Of a stretch of 64,000 nucleotides of DNA, positions 19,249-29,500 are shown one piece after another (within the stretch, counting starts at the first letter, position 1; each line of letters starts with the position of its first letter). Source of the DNA: Planctomycetota bacterium (GTDB lineage Bacteria > Planctomycetota > UBA8108 > SXIK01). The notes beneath the pieces were generated by a model. The model saw only the letters and a program-made list of their open reading frames with translations. It made no database searches and had not been told where the DNA came from. Both the position numbers and the translations under genes were made by a program. The stretch covers positions 7,904,001 to 7,968,000 of the forward strand of contig OZ244999.1 in assembly GCA_965223265.1 (NCBI GenBank). Reading direction: 5' to 3'.

Positions 19249-21777
19249 CTATCGAGGCGTCCGCTCAAGCGTGACGCTGACGTCCACCTCCTCACTGCGG
19301 AGCGCGTCGACGGCAAAGAGCATGTCGGGCAAGTCGGCAGCGCGCCGCCACTCGAGGTATCGAAGGTCGTCGACGAGGAGCACCGACGTACCTGAAAGCG
19401 GCGGCGACAACTGGACGTACATCATGACCGCGTTGGGCTCCAGCCCGGCGATCCCGTCGAAGAGCCAGCTCGGTGGTTCGAAGTGAATGCTATGCCAGGC
19501 GTCGTCATTGTCGATGTCGAGGGGAAACTCCTCACGGCGGAGCAGATTGGATTCGGGGTCAGTCGTCGGGTCCGTGTCGTCGAAGTCGTAGACATCGAAA
19601 CGCACGCTCGGAATCCCGTCGCCGGTGAGTCGCGCTTGCATGTGGACGCTATATCTCGCCTCACCGTCGCTCGGGAGATAGACCGTGTCAACACCCACCG
19701 TCGACTCGACGTAGCTGCGGTGCTGTGGAAACGTAATCCGCGCAACCGGCCGCACAAGCACCGCGGCGCTGTTCGAGGCGCTACGACGAAGCCGCAGGCT
19801 GCGCACACCGGACGGCGCGACGTCAAGGACTTCGATGCGTTTGAAGGTGTCGTTCGTCTGCCACTGCGCGCCGCCGCGAGCCTCGGCGTCGGCGAGATCG
19901 TCCTCGAAGCTTCCCCAACCGAAGAGGTCCTGGCCAAAGAAGAGAGAATGCGGCAGCGCGGTGTCCCCTGGTCCGCGCGACCGAATCAGGCGCGAGCTCG
20001 CCACATCGACGACGTCTTCAGCGGTCAAGTCGAACGCCACGTTTTCGAGCACCGGCGAGCCTTCGAGAATGAGCGCAGAGTTGTTCTCGAGTTCAAAATC
20101 CGCCGCGACTCCTGAGACGCTGCGCTCGACGCTGATCACCCCAAGATCCGTGCGCTCGGATCGCAGTGGCTGCACCGAACGCTCGCGTACCATCTGGATC
20201 AGCTGCTCCGCCGTCGCGCCGCCGAGCGGCACGGGACGGTATCGCTCAAGGGCAAACGGATAGAACCTCGCCTCGATCACCGCGTCTTCTTCAAAAATCA
20301 CGCGCACGACGCCCGAAGGAAACGTGGCAAGGAAGTCTTGGTCAAAGATGAAGTTGCCGAGGCTGTAGGCGATGAGCCGCCCTTTGTACCACTCGAAGCC
20401 TTGAAGCACATGGGGGTGGTGGCAGATCACCAGGTGAGCGCCTCTGTCGATCGCGCGGTGCGCCGCCGACTCGGTCAGCTTCGACTTGACCGGCAGGAAC
20501 TGAAACCCGCTGTGGAGCTGCACGATGATGAGATCGCACCCTTGGGCTTTGAGCGCGTCAATGTCCGCCTCCATGCGGTCGCGGTCGTAAGGATTCGCCC
20601 CGCCATGCCCGCGCCGCGCGACCCAATCCTGCAGCTCGGGGTAGACCGCCACGAGGGCCGCCCAATAGTCGGTCAACTCCGCCTCGGCGAGCCCGCCCTG
20701 GTGCGTCTTGAACTCGCGCCACGCCGCGCCGATGCGCTGCGACGCCGTCGGCACGGTCAGCGTCGGACCGGTGAATCCAAAGCTGCGCTCCTCGTACTGC
20801 CACGCCTCTTTTTCGGGGAGCGACGGCGGCGGGTCACCGAGCGGCAAACTGTCGTTGACGAAATCGCCGTTGACACTGGTGTACGAAAGAGAACCAATGA
20901 GATAGCCGTCTTGCACAAACGTCTGGCGTGCCTCGGCCTCGGCGACATCGCGGCCAGCCCCGACGCACGGGAAACCGGCGTCCTTCAGCGCGTCGACGGT
21001 CGACGCGACCCCGAGATCGAGCCAGTCGCGCGCGTGGTTGTTGCCGAGCGTGATCACGTTCGGGGCCAGCTCGTCGAGCAGGTCGACGGTCTCTGGCGGT
21101 GAGATGAGGAGAAACCGCTTCTTCGGATAAGCCTGGTCAATGGTCAACGTGCCGACGACGGTCTCAAGGTTCAGCGACCGAACCCCGGCGGCGCGAAAGA
21201 GAGGCGCCGCGGCCGCAACCACCGCGCGCGCGCTGTCGCCGCCGTCGCCGGGCGTGACCACCGCCGTGTCGTCGCGGACGGGGTCGATGTAACGCCTGCC
21301 GAGCATCGCATCACCCGCGAAATGCATGCACACCCGGCGCTCGCCAGCCGGTCCCACGTCCTCAACCATCGTCACGCGCACCTCGCTTCCGACCATGCTG
21401 CGGTCGAGGACAACGGGCGATGAGAAATAGCCCTCGGCCTCGACGACGACGAGAATCGTCTGGTCGATCTCGACGAGCGAGAAGCGCCCGTCGCTGTCGA
21501 CCACGCCGCCTGTGGAGCGCATCGCCGTCGGTTGCGGTCCCGCCGCGGTTCCCGCCCCCGGCGTGCTCAGACCATACGCGATGTACGCGGCATCGCTCAC
21601 GGGCTGATCGTCCCCATCGACGACAACAACGTCGACGGCATACTCCGGCACGCTCAGAAGAGGAGGGTCCAACGGCGCACTGCTCGGCGCACGCTCCGTC
21701 GAGTCACACCGCAGGGCCGAAGAAGCGACGGCCACGAGACAGCAAAACGCATACTTGGAACTTCGTAGGCAGCCCAT
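19249..21777 (-). CDS. Exported CapA/PGA_cap-family metallophosphoesterase with extra N- and C-terminal beta domains
   Basis: Signal/lipoprotein-like N-terminus; AGDAMLGR, NLETV, LGNNHARD, QLHSG, HHPHVLQG, YSLGNFIFDQ. Confidence 0.8.
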   Translation of the reverse strand: MGCLRSSKYAFCCLVAVASSALRCDSTERAPSSAPLDPPLLSVPEYAVDVVVVDGDDQPVSDAAYIAYGLSTPGAGTAAGPQPTAMRSTGGVVDSDGRFSLVEIDQTILVVVEAEGYFSSPVVLDRSMVGSEVRVTMVEDVGPAGERRVCMHFAGDAMLGRRYIDPVRDDTAVVTPGDGGDSARAVVAAAAPLFRAAGVRSLNLETVVGTLTIDQAYPKKRFLLISPPETVDLLDELAPNVITLGNNHARDWLDLGVASTVDALKDAGFPCVGAGRDVAEAEARQTFVQDGYLIGSLSYTSVNGDFVNDSLPLGDPPPSLPEKEAWQYEERSFGFTGPTLTVPTASQRIGAAWREFKTHQGGLAEAELTDYWAALVAVYPELQDWVARRGHGGANPYDRDRMEADIDALKAQGCDLIIVQLHSGFQFLPVKSKLTESAAHRAIDRGAHLVICHHPHVLQGFEWYKGRLIAYSLGNFIFDQDFLATFPSGVVRVIFEEDAVIEARFYPFALERYRPVPLGGATAEQLIQMVRERSVQPLRSERTDLGVISVERSVSGVAADFELENNSALILEGSPVLENVAFDLTAEDVVDVASSRLIRSRGPGDTALPHSLFFGQDLFGWGSFEDDLADAEARGGAQWQTNDTFKRIEVLDVAPSGVRSLRLRRSASNSAAVLVRPVARITFPQHRSYVESTVGVDTVYLPSDGEARYSVHMQARLTGDGIPSVRFDVYDFDDTDPTTDPESNLLRREEFPLDIDNDDAWHSIHFEPPSWLFDGIAGLEPNAVMMYVQLSPPLSGTSVLLVDDLRYLEWRRAADLPDMLFAVDALRSEEVDVSVTLERTPR

Positions 21778-21856
21778 CGAAAGAGAGTACGATGGGTGGA
21801 ATTCTTCGACCAGCCGTTCGACCAGCCGTCGAGCCCGCGGTCGCAGCGCAAGACAC

Positions 21857-23209
21857 CTACTCGTAGCGCAGCGCGTCCACGGGCTTTTTGCGCGCCGCGC
21901 GCCAAGCCGGGAGCGCGCTGCAAATCGTGGCCACGACCACCGTTGGCAGGATGATGGACAGCAGATCCGAGGCGTGAAATTGCACCGGGATGCGGTCCAT
22001 GTAGAACACCGTCAGTGGAAACACCTCGTACCCGGTGAGGAGCTTGACCCAGCGCTGGATCGTGTTGACGAAGTACGCAAACCCGAGGCCGTAGACCGAA
22101 CCGATCAGCGTGCCGACCAAAGCAAGCACGACGCCCATGCGCAGAAAGATGCTGGCCGCACCCCACTGCGTCGCTCCCATGGACTGCAGGACACCGATGT
22201 CGCGCGTCTTCTCAACGACCTGGACCGTCAAAATGATAAAGATCATGAAGCCACCGAAAAGAACGGTGAGCCCAAGGATCAAACCCGTCAGCGCCTTCTC
22301 GACTTTCAGCGCTTGAAGAAGCGCGGCCTTCTCGTCGAACCACGTGCGCGTCGTCGAGAAGAAAACGCGTTCGCGCTCCAGCAGCTCCCGGATCTCGTCG
22401 CGCAGCCCAGCGAGGCTCGCGTCGTCGCGACGATCGGGCTCAGCCGCGATGCGCACACCCGACGCCAACTTCTGGCCTCGATCCGTCTGCAGACCGAGGA
22501 ATTCATCGGCGACATCCATCGACATGAGCAGACCTTTCCAGTCGAGTTCGTAGATCCCGGTTTTGAAATAACCGACGACGCGGAACTCGCGGCTGACGGG
22601 ACGCTGGGTGGTCGGCGAAAAAGCGGTGAGCGAAATCCTCTTGCCCGGATAAAGCCCCTCTCGCAGGGCCTCGCGGCCCGCAAGAATCGGCGGCAACACT
22701 TCCTTCGGGGGGTCGGACCCACGTGAACGCCACAATCCGTGCTCGACCCAGTCGGCCGCGAAGTACTCGGCAGCCGAACGCGGCGCGTCGGGCCCGAACA
22801 CGAGCCGGTTCACGAGCGCCGCTTCCACGTACTTCGTAAACTCCCCGACTTCACGTTCACGCTCGAGATCAAAAGCGCGGACAAATCGGGTCTGAAGCTC
22901 TGGGCCGTACGTGAGCTCGTTGCGATAGAGCACCATGATGTCGACAAACGGAGTGGCCGCCTGAACGCCTTCGACGCCGGCAACCAGTCGTGCCACGCGC
23001 TCGGGGTCGCGCAGGCCGATGTACTGAGTACCCCGCACAGACAGATCTGCACTGGTCCCGCGGATCTTCTGTTTGTGGTCCGTTCGGAACCCCTCCATCA
23101 CCGAGACAATGATGATCAGAAGCGCGACACTCGACGCGACGACTACCAGGGCAGCGAACGGAATCGCCCGGGAGAACAGATACCGCACGCAGAGAAACCA
23201 CTTGTACAT
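21857..23209 (-). CDS. LolC/E-family (FtsX-like) ABC transporter permease
   Basis: RYL, IIVSVMEGF, FKTGIYELD, VVEKTRDIGVLQSMGA, PAWRAARKKPVDALRYE. Confidence 0.9.
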   Translation of the reverse strand: MYKWFLCVRYLFSRAIPFAALVVVASSVALLIIIVSVMEGFRTDHKQKIRGTSADLSVRGTQYIGLRDPERVARLVAGVEGVQAATPFVDIMVLYRNELTYGPELQTRFVRAFDLEREREVGEFTKYVEAALVNRLVFGPDAPRSAAEYFAADWVEHGLWRSRGSDPPKEVLPPILAGREALREGLYPGKRISLTAFSPTTQRPVSREFRVVGYFKTGIYELDWKGLLMSMDVADEFLGLQTDRGQKLASGVRIAAEPDRRDDASLAGLRDEIRELLERERVFFSTTRTWFDEKAALLQALKVEKALTGLILGLTVLFGGFMIFIILTVQVVEKTRDIGVLQSMGATQWGAASIFLRMGVVLALVGTLIGSVYGLGFAYFVNTIQRWVKLLTGYEVFPLTVFYMDRIPVQFHASDLLSIILPTVVVATICSALPAWRAARKKPVDALRYE

Positions 23210-23295
23210 GAATTACAGTTCGCTCGCGACAGCAACCACGGCGGCCAGCACCCCGAATGCGGGTCCAGTGTAACGATTCGGTTTCGATCTGCTAC

Positions 23296-23426
23296 GCTCG
23301 AGTTGGGCCATTTCGCGTCGCAGCTGGAGGCACCGGGAGCGCGGAGTTTCTCCGGGTAACAAGAATCCTCACGGCTCTTGATTCCCCGCAAACGCATTCG
23401 GCTGGCTGCGGACAAGCTCGAGGCTA
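23296..23426. repeat. Second, shorter copy of the CTCGAGTT-terminated repeat family
   Basis: CTCGAGTTGGGCCATTTCGCGTCG matches 23/24 nt of the reverse complement of 15087-15110; degenerate right end GGACAAGCTCGAGGCTA. Confidence 0.55.
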
Positions 23427-23542
23427 TGGAAGATCTTCGGTAGCGAGCGTGGCGCGACACTTTTAGCGAATCGGTGCCCACGCGCTTGTGATACAATCCG
23501 CCTTTTGTGATCAATCCCCCCCGAACCCGTCGGTAGCGTCCC

Positions 23543-24841
23543 ATGCAGCGCGTTCTCTCTTCCGAAGCCCTCTCCCGAAGCGGGGAAACCGTGCGCCTTG
23601 CTGGCTGGGTGCACAACATCCGCAGCTTTCGCGAGGTCAACTTCTTCATCCTGCGCGACGCAGGCGGACTCATCCAGACGGTCATTGACCCCGAAAGCGA
23701 AATCGAAACGTCGGGGATTGGCAAGGAGTTCGTCGTTGAGGTGGAGGGCACGGTGCGCGCGGACGAACGAGCGCCGGGCGGCGCTGAAGTCCACCTCTCG
23801 CGTCTCAAGGTGCTTGCCGTCGCCGAGGAACCGCCACTTGAAATCAATCGCCCGGCGGTGATCGCCAAAACGCATCTCGACAAACTTCTGGACCATCGAC
23901 CGATCTCCATCCGCGCACTCCCGGTCCGGGCGGTCTTCTCAGTGCAGGCGTGCCTGGTGCACGCGTTCGGCGAGTATCTGCGGTCGCAGCGATTCGTCGA
24001 ATTCAAGAGCTCGAAGATCGTCGCCACCGGGACCGAAGGCGGCGCCAATCTCTTCTCCATCGACTACATGGGACGACCCGCCTTCTTGGCGCAGTCACCG
24101 CAGTTCTACAAGCAGATCATGGTCGGCAGCGGATTCGAACGCGTCTTTGAAGTCGGTCCAGTGTACCGAGCCGAAAAGCACGAAACCTCGCGCCACCTGA
24201 ACGAGTACACGTCACTCGATTTCGAAATGGGCTTCATCAACGACGAGCAAGACGTCATCTCCATGCACACAGGCGTCATTCGACACATGTGCGCGAGCGT
24301 CGCAGAGCGTTGCCGCAGCGAGATCGACCTCCTCGAAGCCGAGGTTCCCGTCGTCGGCGACGAGATCCCTCAGGTCACGTTCCAGGAAGCCTCCGAAATC
24401 GTTGCCGCGGCCGGCCATCGGCTGCATGGAATCGACCTCGATCCGGAAGCGGAGCGCCGACTGTGTGACTGGGCCCTGGCCGAACACGGTAGCGACTTCT
24501 TGTTCGTCGTCGGCTTCCCGCTCGCCGGTCGACCCATGTACACCGGATTTCGCGATGACGATGCGACCGTGTCGCGCAGCTTCGATCTACTTTTCCGTGG
24601 CCTCGAGATCACCACGGGAAGCCAGCGCATCCACGATTACGCCACGCTCGTCGCCAAGATGCGCGAGCGCGGACTGGTGCCGGATGAGTACGACAGCTAC
24701 CTGAGCGCGTTCCGCCACGGCATGCCGCCGCATGGTGGACTCGGGCTCGGGCTTGAACGCTTTACGATGCAGCTCGTCGGATTAAGAAACGTCAAACAAG
24801 CGACGCTCTTCCCCCGCGACCGCAGTCGCCTGACGCCGTAG
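23543..24841 (+). CDS. aspS: Aspartate--tRNA(Asn) ligase, archaeal-type non-discriminating AspRS
   Basis: Short form without GAD insert; GWVH, TEGGANLF, LAQSPQFYKQ, YRAE.H.TSRHLNEY, EITTGSQRIH, PPHGG.GLGLER, LFPRD. Confidence 0.92.
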   Translation: MQRVLSSEALSRSGETVRLAGWVHNIRSFREVNFFILRDAGGLIQTVIDPESEIETSGIGKEFVVEVEGTVRADERAPGGAEVHLSRLKVLAVAEEPPLEINRPAVIAKTHLDKLLDHRPISIRALPVRAVFSVQACLVHAFGEYLRSQRFVEFKSSKIVATGTEGGANLFSIDYMGRPAFLAQSPQFYKQIMVGSGFERVFEVGPVYRAEKHETSRHLNEYTSLDFEMGFINDEQDVISMHTGVIRHMCASVAERCRSEIDLLEAEVPVVGDEIPQVTFQEASEIVAAAGHRLHGIDLDPEAERRLCDWALAEHGSDFLFVVGFPLAGRPMYTGFRDDDATVSRSFDLLFRGLEITTGSQRIHDYATLVAKMRERGLVPDEYDSYLSAFRHGMPPHGGLGLGLERFTMQLVGLRNVKQATLFPRDRSRLTP

Positions 24842-24962
24842 AGACGAAATTCGACCGACTACGCCAGTCCGAGACGAAGGCGGGCTTCCTACGGTTAGGA
24901 CTTTGCGACGAACAGGATGGGCTGCCCGAGCGCCGCGACAGCGCGTCACGACGCTCAGTGTC

Positions 24963-25076
24963 GACAATTATTGTCACACGGCAGCGACAAGCGCCGCCGG
25001 CCGGGCTCGTAAACTCCTCTATTTGTGGAATCTCCGACTTCTCGGAACGACGACCGCGTGAGGCATGCCGGTTGCC
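24963..25076 (+). promoter_or_regulatory. Putative sigma54 promoter plus palindromic upstream activator site for the pilin gene
   Basis: AGGCATGCCGGTTGCC (GG 25062-63, GC 25074-75) and palindrome GACAAT-T-ATTGTC at 24963-24975, about 90 bp upstream. Confidence 0.55.
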
Positions 25077-25147
25077 GATAGATATCCTATACTCCTGCAG
25101 GGCAGTCTTTTTCGACACCCCGAACCGAACCCCATGCGAGGCAGAAG

Positions 25148-25603
25148 TTGAGTACATCGCGACGCGGAATCCTACCTGCCGCCGGATTCACTCTAGTCGA
25201 ACTCATGATCGTCGTCACGGTGATTGCGATCGTGACCGCCATGGCGATTCCGGCCGTTTCCCGCTCCCGCATGGGTGCCAACGAGGGATCTGCGGTGAGC
25301 TCGATCAAAGCGATCATCACGGCGAACCAGGTCTACGAAACCCGTTTCAACTCGTACGCCTCGCAGCTGACCGACCTGAGCGACTTGGGGATTATCGACG
25401 AGGTCCTCGGCGCAGCTGACGGGCCTCCGGGCAAGTCCGGATACGTTATCGACTACACCGGCACGCGGACGCAGTTCGAGCTCAACGTCGACCCCGTCGT
25501 GGATGGCGAAACGGGCATACGCCACTTTTTCGCTGACCACAGCGGCATCATTCGCTTTCGCGAGGGTGGTCAGGCGACCAGCACGGACACACCAATCGAC
25601 TGA
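25148..25603 (+). CDS. Type IV pilin-like protein
   Basis: Class III signal AG|FTLVELMIVVTVIAIV (Glu5), ANE.SA, KSGY, G.RHFF.D.SG.IR. Confidence 0.9.
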   Translation: MSTSRRGILPAAGFTLVELMIVVTVIAIVTAMAIPAVSRSRMGANEGSAVSSIKAIITANQVYETRFNSYASQLTDLSDLGIIDEVLGAADGPPGKSGYVIDYTGTRTQFELNVDPVVDGETGIRHFFADHSGIIRFREGGQATSTDTPID

Positions 25604-25788
25604 CGACGATCTCGCTCGTCGATTGATTGCCACCCCCCGGGCGCAGCGGGAAATCATCAAACTCGAGTTGCAAGCGGCGCGACTTGTCGGCAACATCGCG
25701 CTCTGGTGTTCGGCGCGCGGCAGTTCCTGACGCTGCGCGACCCTTTCCGACCCGCGCCGCAGTGCAAAGATCGCCACGCTGAGAAGCC

Positions 25789-26346
25789 ATGCCAAGCGGA
25801 ATGAAGCCGTCAACCTCTGCGCCGTTTCTGCTCGGTTTCTGGTTAGCTGGCAACCTAGCAATCTTCGGTGTTGTCAGCTCTACGTTCTATGGCATCCCAG
25901 TCGCCCTCGAAGTGAACCAGAAGTTGGCCGAACGCGCTGGCTTCGACCCAGATGATGAGGCGGCGCGCAAAAGTAGCCCCATCTGGGTGTTCTCCAGCGA
26001 ACTCAATCGCCTCTTCTTCCACCATTGGAACCGCATTCAACTCGCGATCGGGGTGTTGACGCTGATCGTCCTCCTGGCGCGCTGCCGTTGTCCGGGGGCG
26101 CTCACGTGCGCTGTGCTCGCGCTCGCGGCTGTCGGCGTGCTAGCGTTTTACTTGGAACCGCGACTCGTCGAGCTCGGACGCTCGCTCGACTTCGTGCCGC
26201 GAGAGCCCGAGAGCGAGTCGCTTAAAAAGTTCCATCTGCTGCACAAGATCTACACGGCGATCGCGCTCATCGAGGTCGCGCTCATCGCCGTCGCCTCACT
26301 GTGCGTCTGGATCACCAACCACAAGCGACTGAACGCGGGCGCCTGA
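25789..26346 (+). CDS. DUF4149-like small membrane protein
   Basis: Four hydrophobic segments; LLGFWLAG start and F..LH..Y near the C-terminus. Confidence 0.6.
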   Translation: MPSGMKPSTSAPFLLGFWLAGNLAIFGVVSSTFYGIPVALEVNQKLAERAGFDPDDEAARKSSPIWVFSSELNRLFFHHWNRIQLAIGVLTLIVLLARCRCPGALTCAVLALAAVGVLAFYLEPRLVELGRSLDFVPREPESESLKKFHLLHKIYTAIALIEVALIAVASLCVWITNHKRLNAGA

Positions 26347-26369
26347 TCTCGTTGCGTAGCCTCTACGCT

Positions 26370-26472
26370 CTTCGTGGCCTTCGTTTTCTTCTGTTCGATC
26401 CGTCACGCGATCAGCGATTCCAGGCTTGAGTCTATGCTCCTTCTTGAACAGAAGGTAGCGAAGAAAACGACG
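26370..26472. repeat. Inverted pair of 3x9-bp periodic REP-like repeats
   Basis: CTTCGTGGC CTTCGTTTT CTTCTGTTC (26370-26396) and GAACAGAAG GTAGCGAAG AAAACGACG (26446-26472). Confidence 0.55.
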
Positions 26473-26580
26473 GAAGACCTGCGAACTCTGCCTTTCGATT
26501 TCATAAGTCCGCCCGAATTGCCCTCTCCCCTCGCAGAACAAGTGTCGAAGTTGGGCTGGCTAGGACGAGGCAGCTCAGCT

Positions 26581-29500
26581 CTACTCAGCCGCCTCGAGCT
26601 CTTCCGGACCGTCAGCGTCGAGGAGCACCACGGGTCGACGCGAGACGGCATTGACGTTGCCGCGCAGGTACAGTCGCTCGAAGACCAGCGGCGGTAGTGT
26701 CGGCTGTGCTGAGACCATGGACTCGTCCGGGCCTTGGTCTTCAAGCGCCGGTGGGACGACAAGCAGTCGAGATGCCGTCAGCGCAGCCCCTGGCTCGAAC
26801 ATCTCCGCCCGCTCGGTCGTAACGTCAACGTCAAGGTGCGTCGCTAACAGCGATGCGGTGTCGCCGCCTTGATCCAAAACGAGGATGCCGGGCTCAGTCC
26901 CTGGAGGGACGACGTAGATCGTGCCGGCGCCGCCGACGGACTCGGAACGCGCCGGGTCCTCAAGAAGAACGCCGCCACGCGCCTCCACGCGCCGCAGCTC
27001 GAACTGACTCCACTCGGCGCAGCGGATCAGAACCCTCCCGCCGCCACCGCCGCCCGGTGCGCCTGCGTCGGTGGCGACGACATCACCGCCGCGAGCGACG
27101 ATGCGTCCACTGCCGGACAAACGCTCGCATTCCAGCACGACGCTGCCGCCAGCACCGCCGCCGCCCTGAGACCACGGCGCCCCATCCCCGTCAGCGGCGA
27201 TCACACCGTCCAGGTGTACCTCACCGGCACGGATGCGCACAACACCGCCTCCACGTCCGCGGCGTCCGAACGCTTCGGTCGCCGACGCGCTCGGGAGCCC
27301 GCCGCCGCCAGGAAACGCTGGCGCATCGAATGCATCGAACGGCAAGCTGTCCAAGTCGAGTGTGAACGCGTCGCGCTGCACGTCCGAGGCACCGCCGGCG
27401 ACCGCAACTTGCGGCGCGCCTGAATCCCCGCGCCCTCCCGGTCCGCCGTGGCTTCCACCCGCAGCGGTCGTCGCTCCTGGCGCATCGACACCGCGCGGCA
27501 AGGCGACGGCGATAGAGGCTTTCGCTTCACACCACGGCGCCTCGAGGTCCGTGCCACAAGCTGCGAAGCCGCAGCCGCTGACATCGATCCTGCTTGCGTC
27601 GTCGAGCTCCAATGTCTCGGTAACTTCGAGCACAAGCTCGCCCACCTCGGCGCAGAGTCGGTCGCTCAGCGTCACGTGCGAGCGTTCCAGGGAAAGCGCC
27701 AGAACATGAAGCGGGCCTTCGAGCGCAAGGGTGGTGTCGCGGAGCTCGAGGCGCTGGCGCGAAAAGTCAGTGAAGCGCGCCGGATTCGTCCCCACCGCGA
27801 TCTCGGCGGCATCTCCCAACCCATCGCCGTCACTGTCCGCATCACGTACTGAAGTTCCGAGTCGTACTTCAACGCCGTTGCCGATCCCATCGCCGTCGGC
27901 ATCCTCGTCGCCGTCGGCAACGCCGTCGCCATCGCTATCGGCCCGCAGAGGTTGGTAGCCGATCGCCAGCTCAAGCCCATCGCTGAGGCCATCGCCGTCG
28001 CCATCCGGCACGAGCGGGTCCGTGCCGAGCTCCGCTTCTTCGCGATTGGTAAGACCGTCACCGTCAGGATCTTCGCTGCCGTCGTCGACGCCATCTTCGT
28101 CGGTGTCGTAAAGCTCCGGGTTCGTCATGGTGCTGACAATCTCGTAGGCGTCCTCGAGGCCGTCCCCATCGCTGTCTGCAAGACCGGGGTCGGTGACGAA
28201 ACCGTCACTCCCGGGAACGACTTCTTCGCCGTCGTCAATTGAATCCATGTCGGTATCCGTCTTGGTCGGATCCGAAATCCAGCCGTCAGCGCCCGGAATG
28301 AGCTCTTCAGCGTCATCGATTCCGTCGCCGTCGACGTCATCGTCGATCGTGTCAGGCACGCCATCGCCATCGCTGTCGGCGTCCACCAGCAGTGCAAACG
28401 AGCCGACTCCAGCGACGTTCCCTTGAAGATCGATGCCAACGGCGCTGACGAACAAAACGTCACCAGGGAGAGCGCTCAGCGCTACCTGGTCCTGAAAAGT
28501 AAAGGGCGGCAGCGTGTCGCCGCGGCGCAGCTCGGCGTCGACGAAGAACTCCACGCGCTCGAGGTAGACATCATCGGAGGCACGAGCCGTGAGGGCGAAC
28601 GTCTCGCCGGGCAAAAAGGCGCTACGCTCACTGTCGAGCTCAAGCGTTCCCTGTGGCGCGACGCCAGCTCGATCGCCGCTGCTGAGAACCTGGACAGCGG
28701 AGAACGAACTGCTCTCAGCGGCGACAACGTACTCCTGGCTGAAACTAAGCTGCTCGATACCGCCGTCGTTTGCCGCCACCGAGCCGGCGGGAGTGATCTT
28801 GCCGTCCGGCTCGATCCGGTAGAAGAGCGCGAGCGTGTCAGCGTTCGGCGTGTGCCAGGCCAACTGGTTGCCGCGGACGGCGACAACATCGGCCGGATCG
28901 CCCGGTCGTTCGGGAGCCGCGGTGTCGATCACTTGCAGGTCGGTCGGATCGGCCGCCGAGATTGCAAACAGGCCGGCGGAGCCGTGCGCGACGTAGACGA
29001 ACTCGTCCGTTGCAGCGACATCTTGAAGCGGGCCGGCGGCGACCGGCAGAGCGAACTGTTGGCGCTCGACGATAGAAGTCGGGGTTGACGCGTCGACAAC
29101 GAGGAGTCGATTCGCACTCGGCCGCGTCACATACACCAGCGGCGCGCTGACGGCGAGACGCGTGCCCCCTGAGACACTCATCGAGTCGAGCTCCGTCAGT
29201 CCGCCGCCGGCGCCGCGCGTGAGCACGCGTAGCTGGGTCGTGGTCAGCAGATAGATTGTGCCACGATCCGCGACGACCGCCTCGGCAGTTGCGAGGTCAT
29301 CCCGCGTCTCGACAAACTGTGGGACCGACGGATCCGTCAGACTGAAGACATGGAGACCGTCGCCACCAGCGGCGACGTAAAGCCATTCGCCGTCTGCCGC
29401 GGCGCTGCGAAGATCGCCCGAGAGTTCCTGATCGTTCCGCAACGGAACCGAGTAGAGCGGTACGACGATTTGACGCGTCCGTAGTCGCCCAGTTGTCGTC

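Noticed and set aside
25789-26346. DUF4149-like gene as the RHS immunity protein
   Set aside because: Opposite strand, separated from the RHS gene by the partner gene, and no toxin domain to neutralise.
27790-28380. Tandem GCCGTC/GACGGC-rich repeats as a CRISPR or DNA repeat array
   Set aside because: They encode D-x-D-G-D-G protein repeats; there is no constant repeat-spacer structure and no cas gene.
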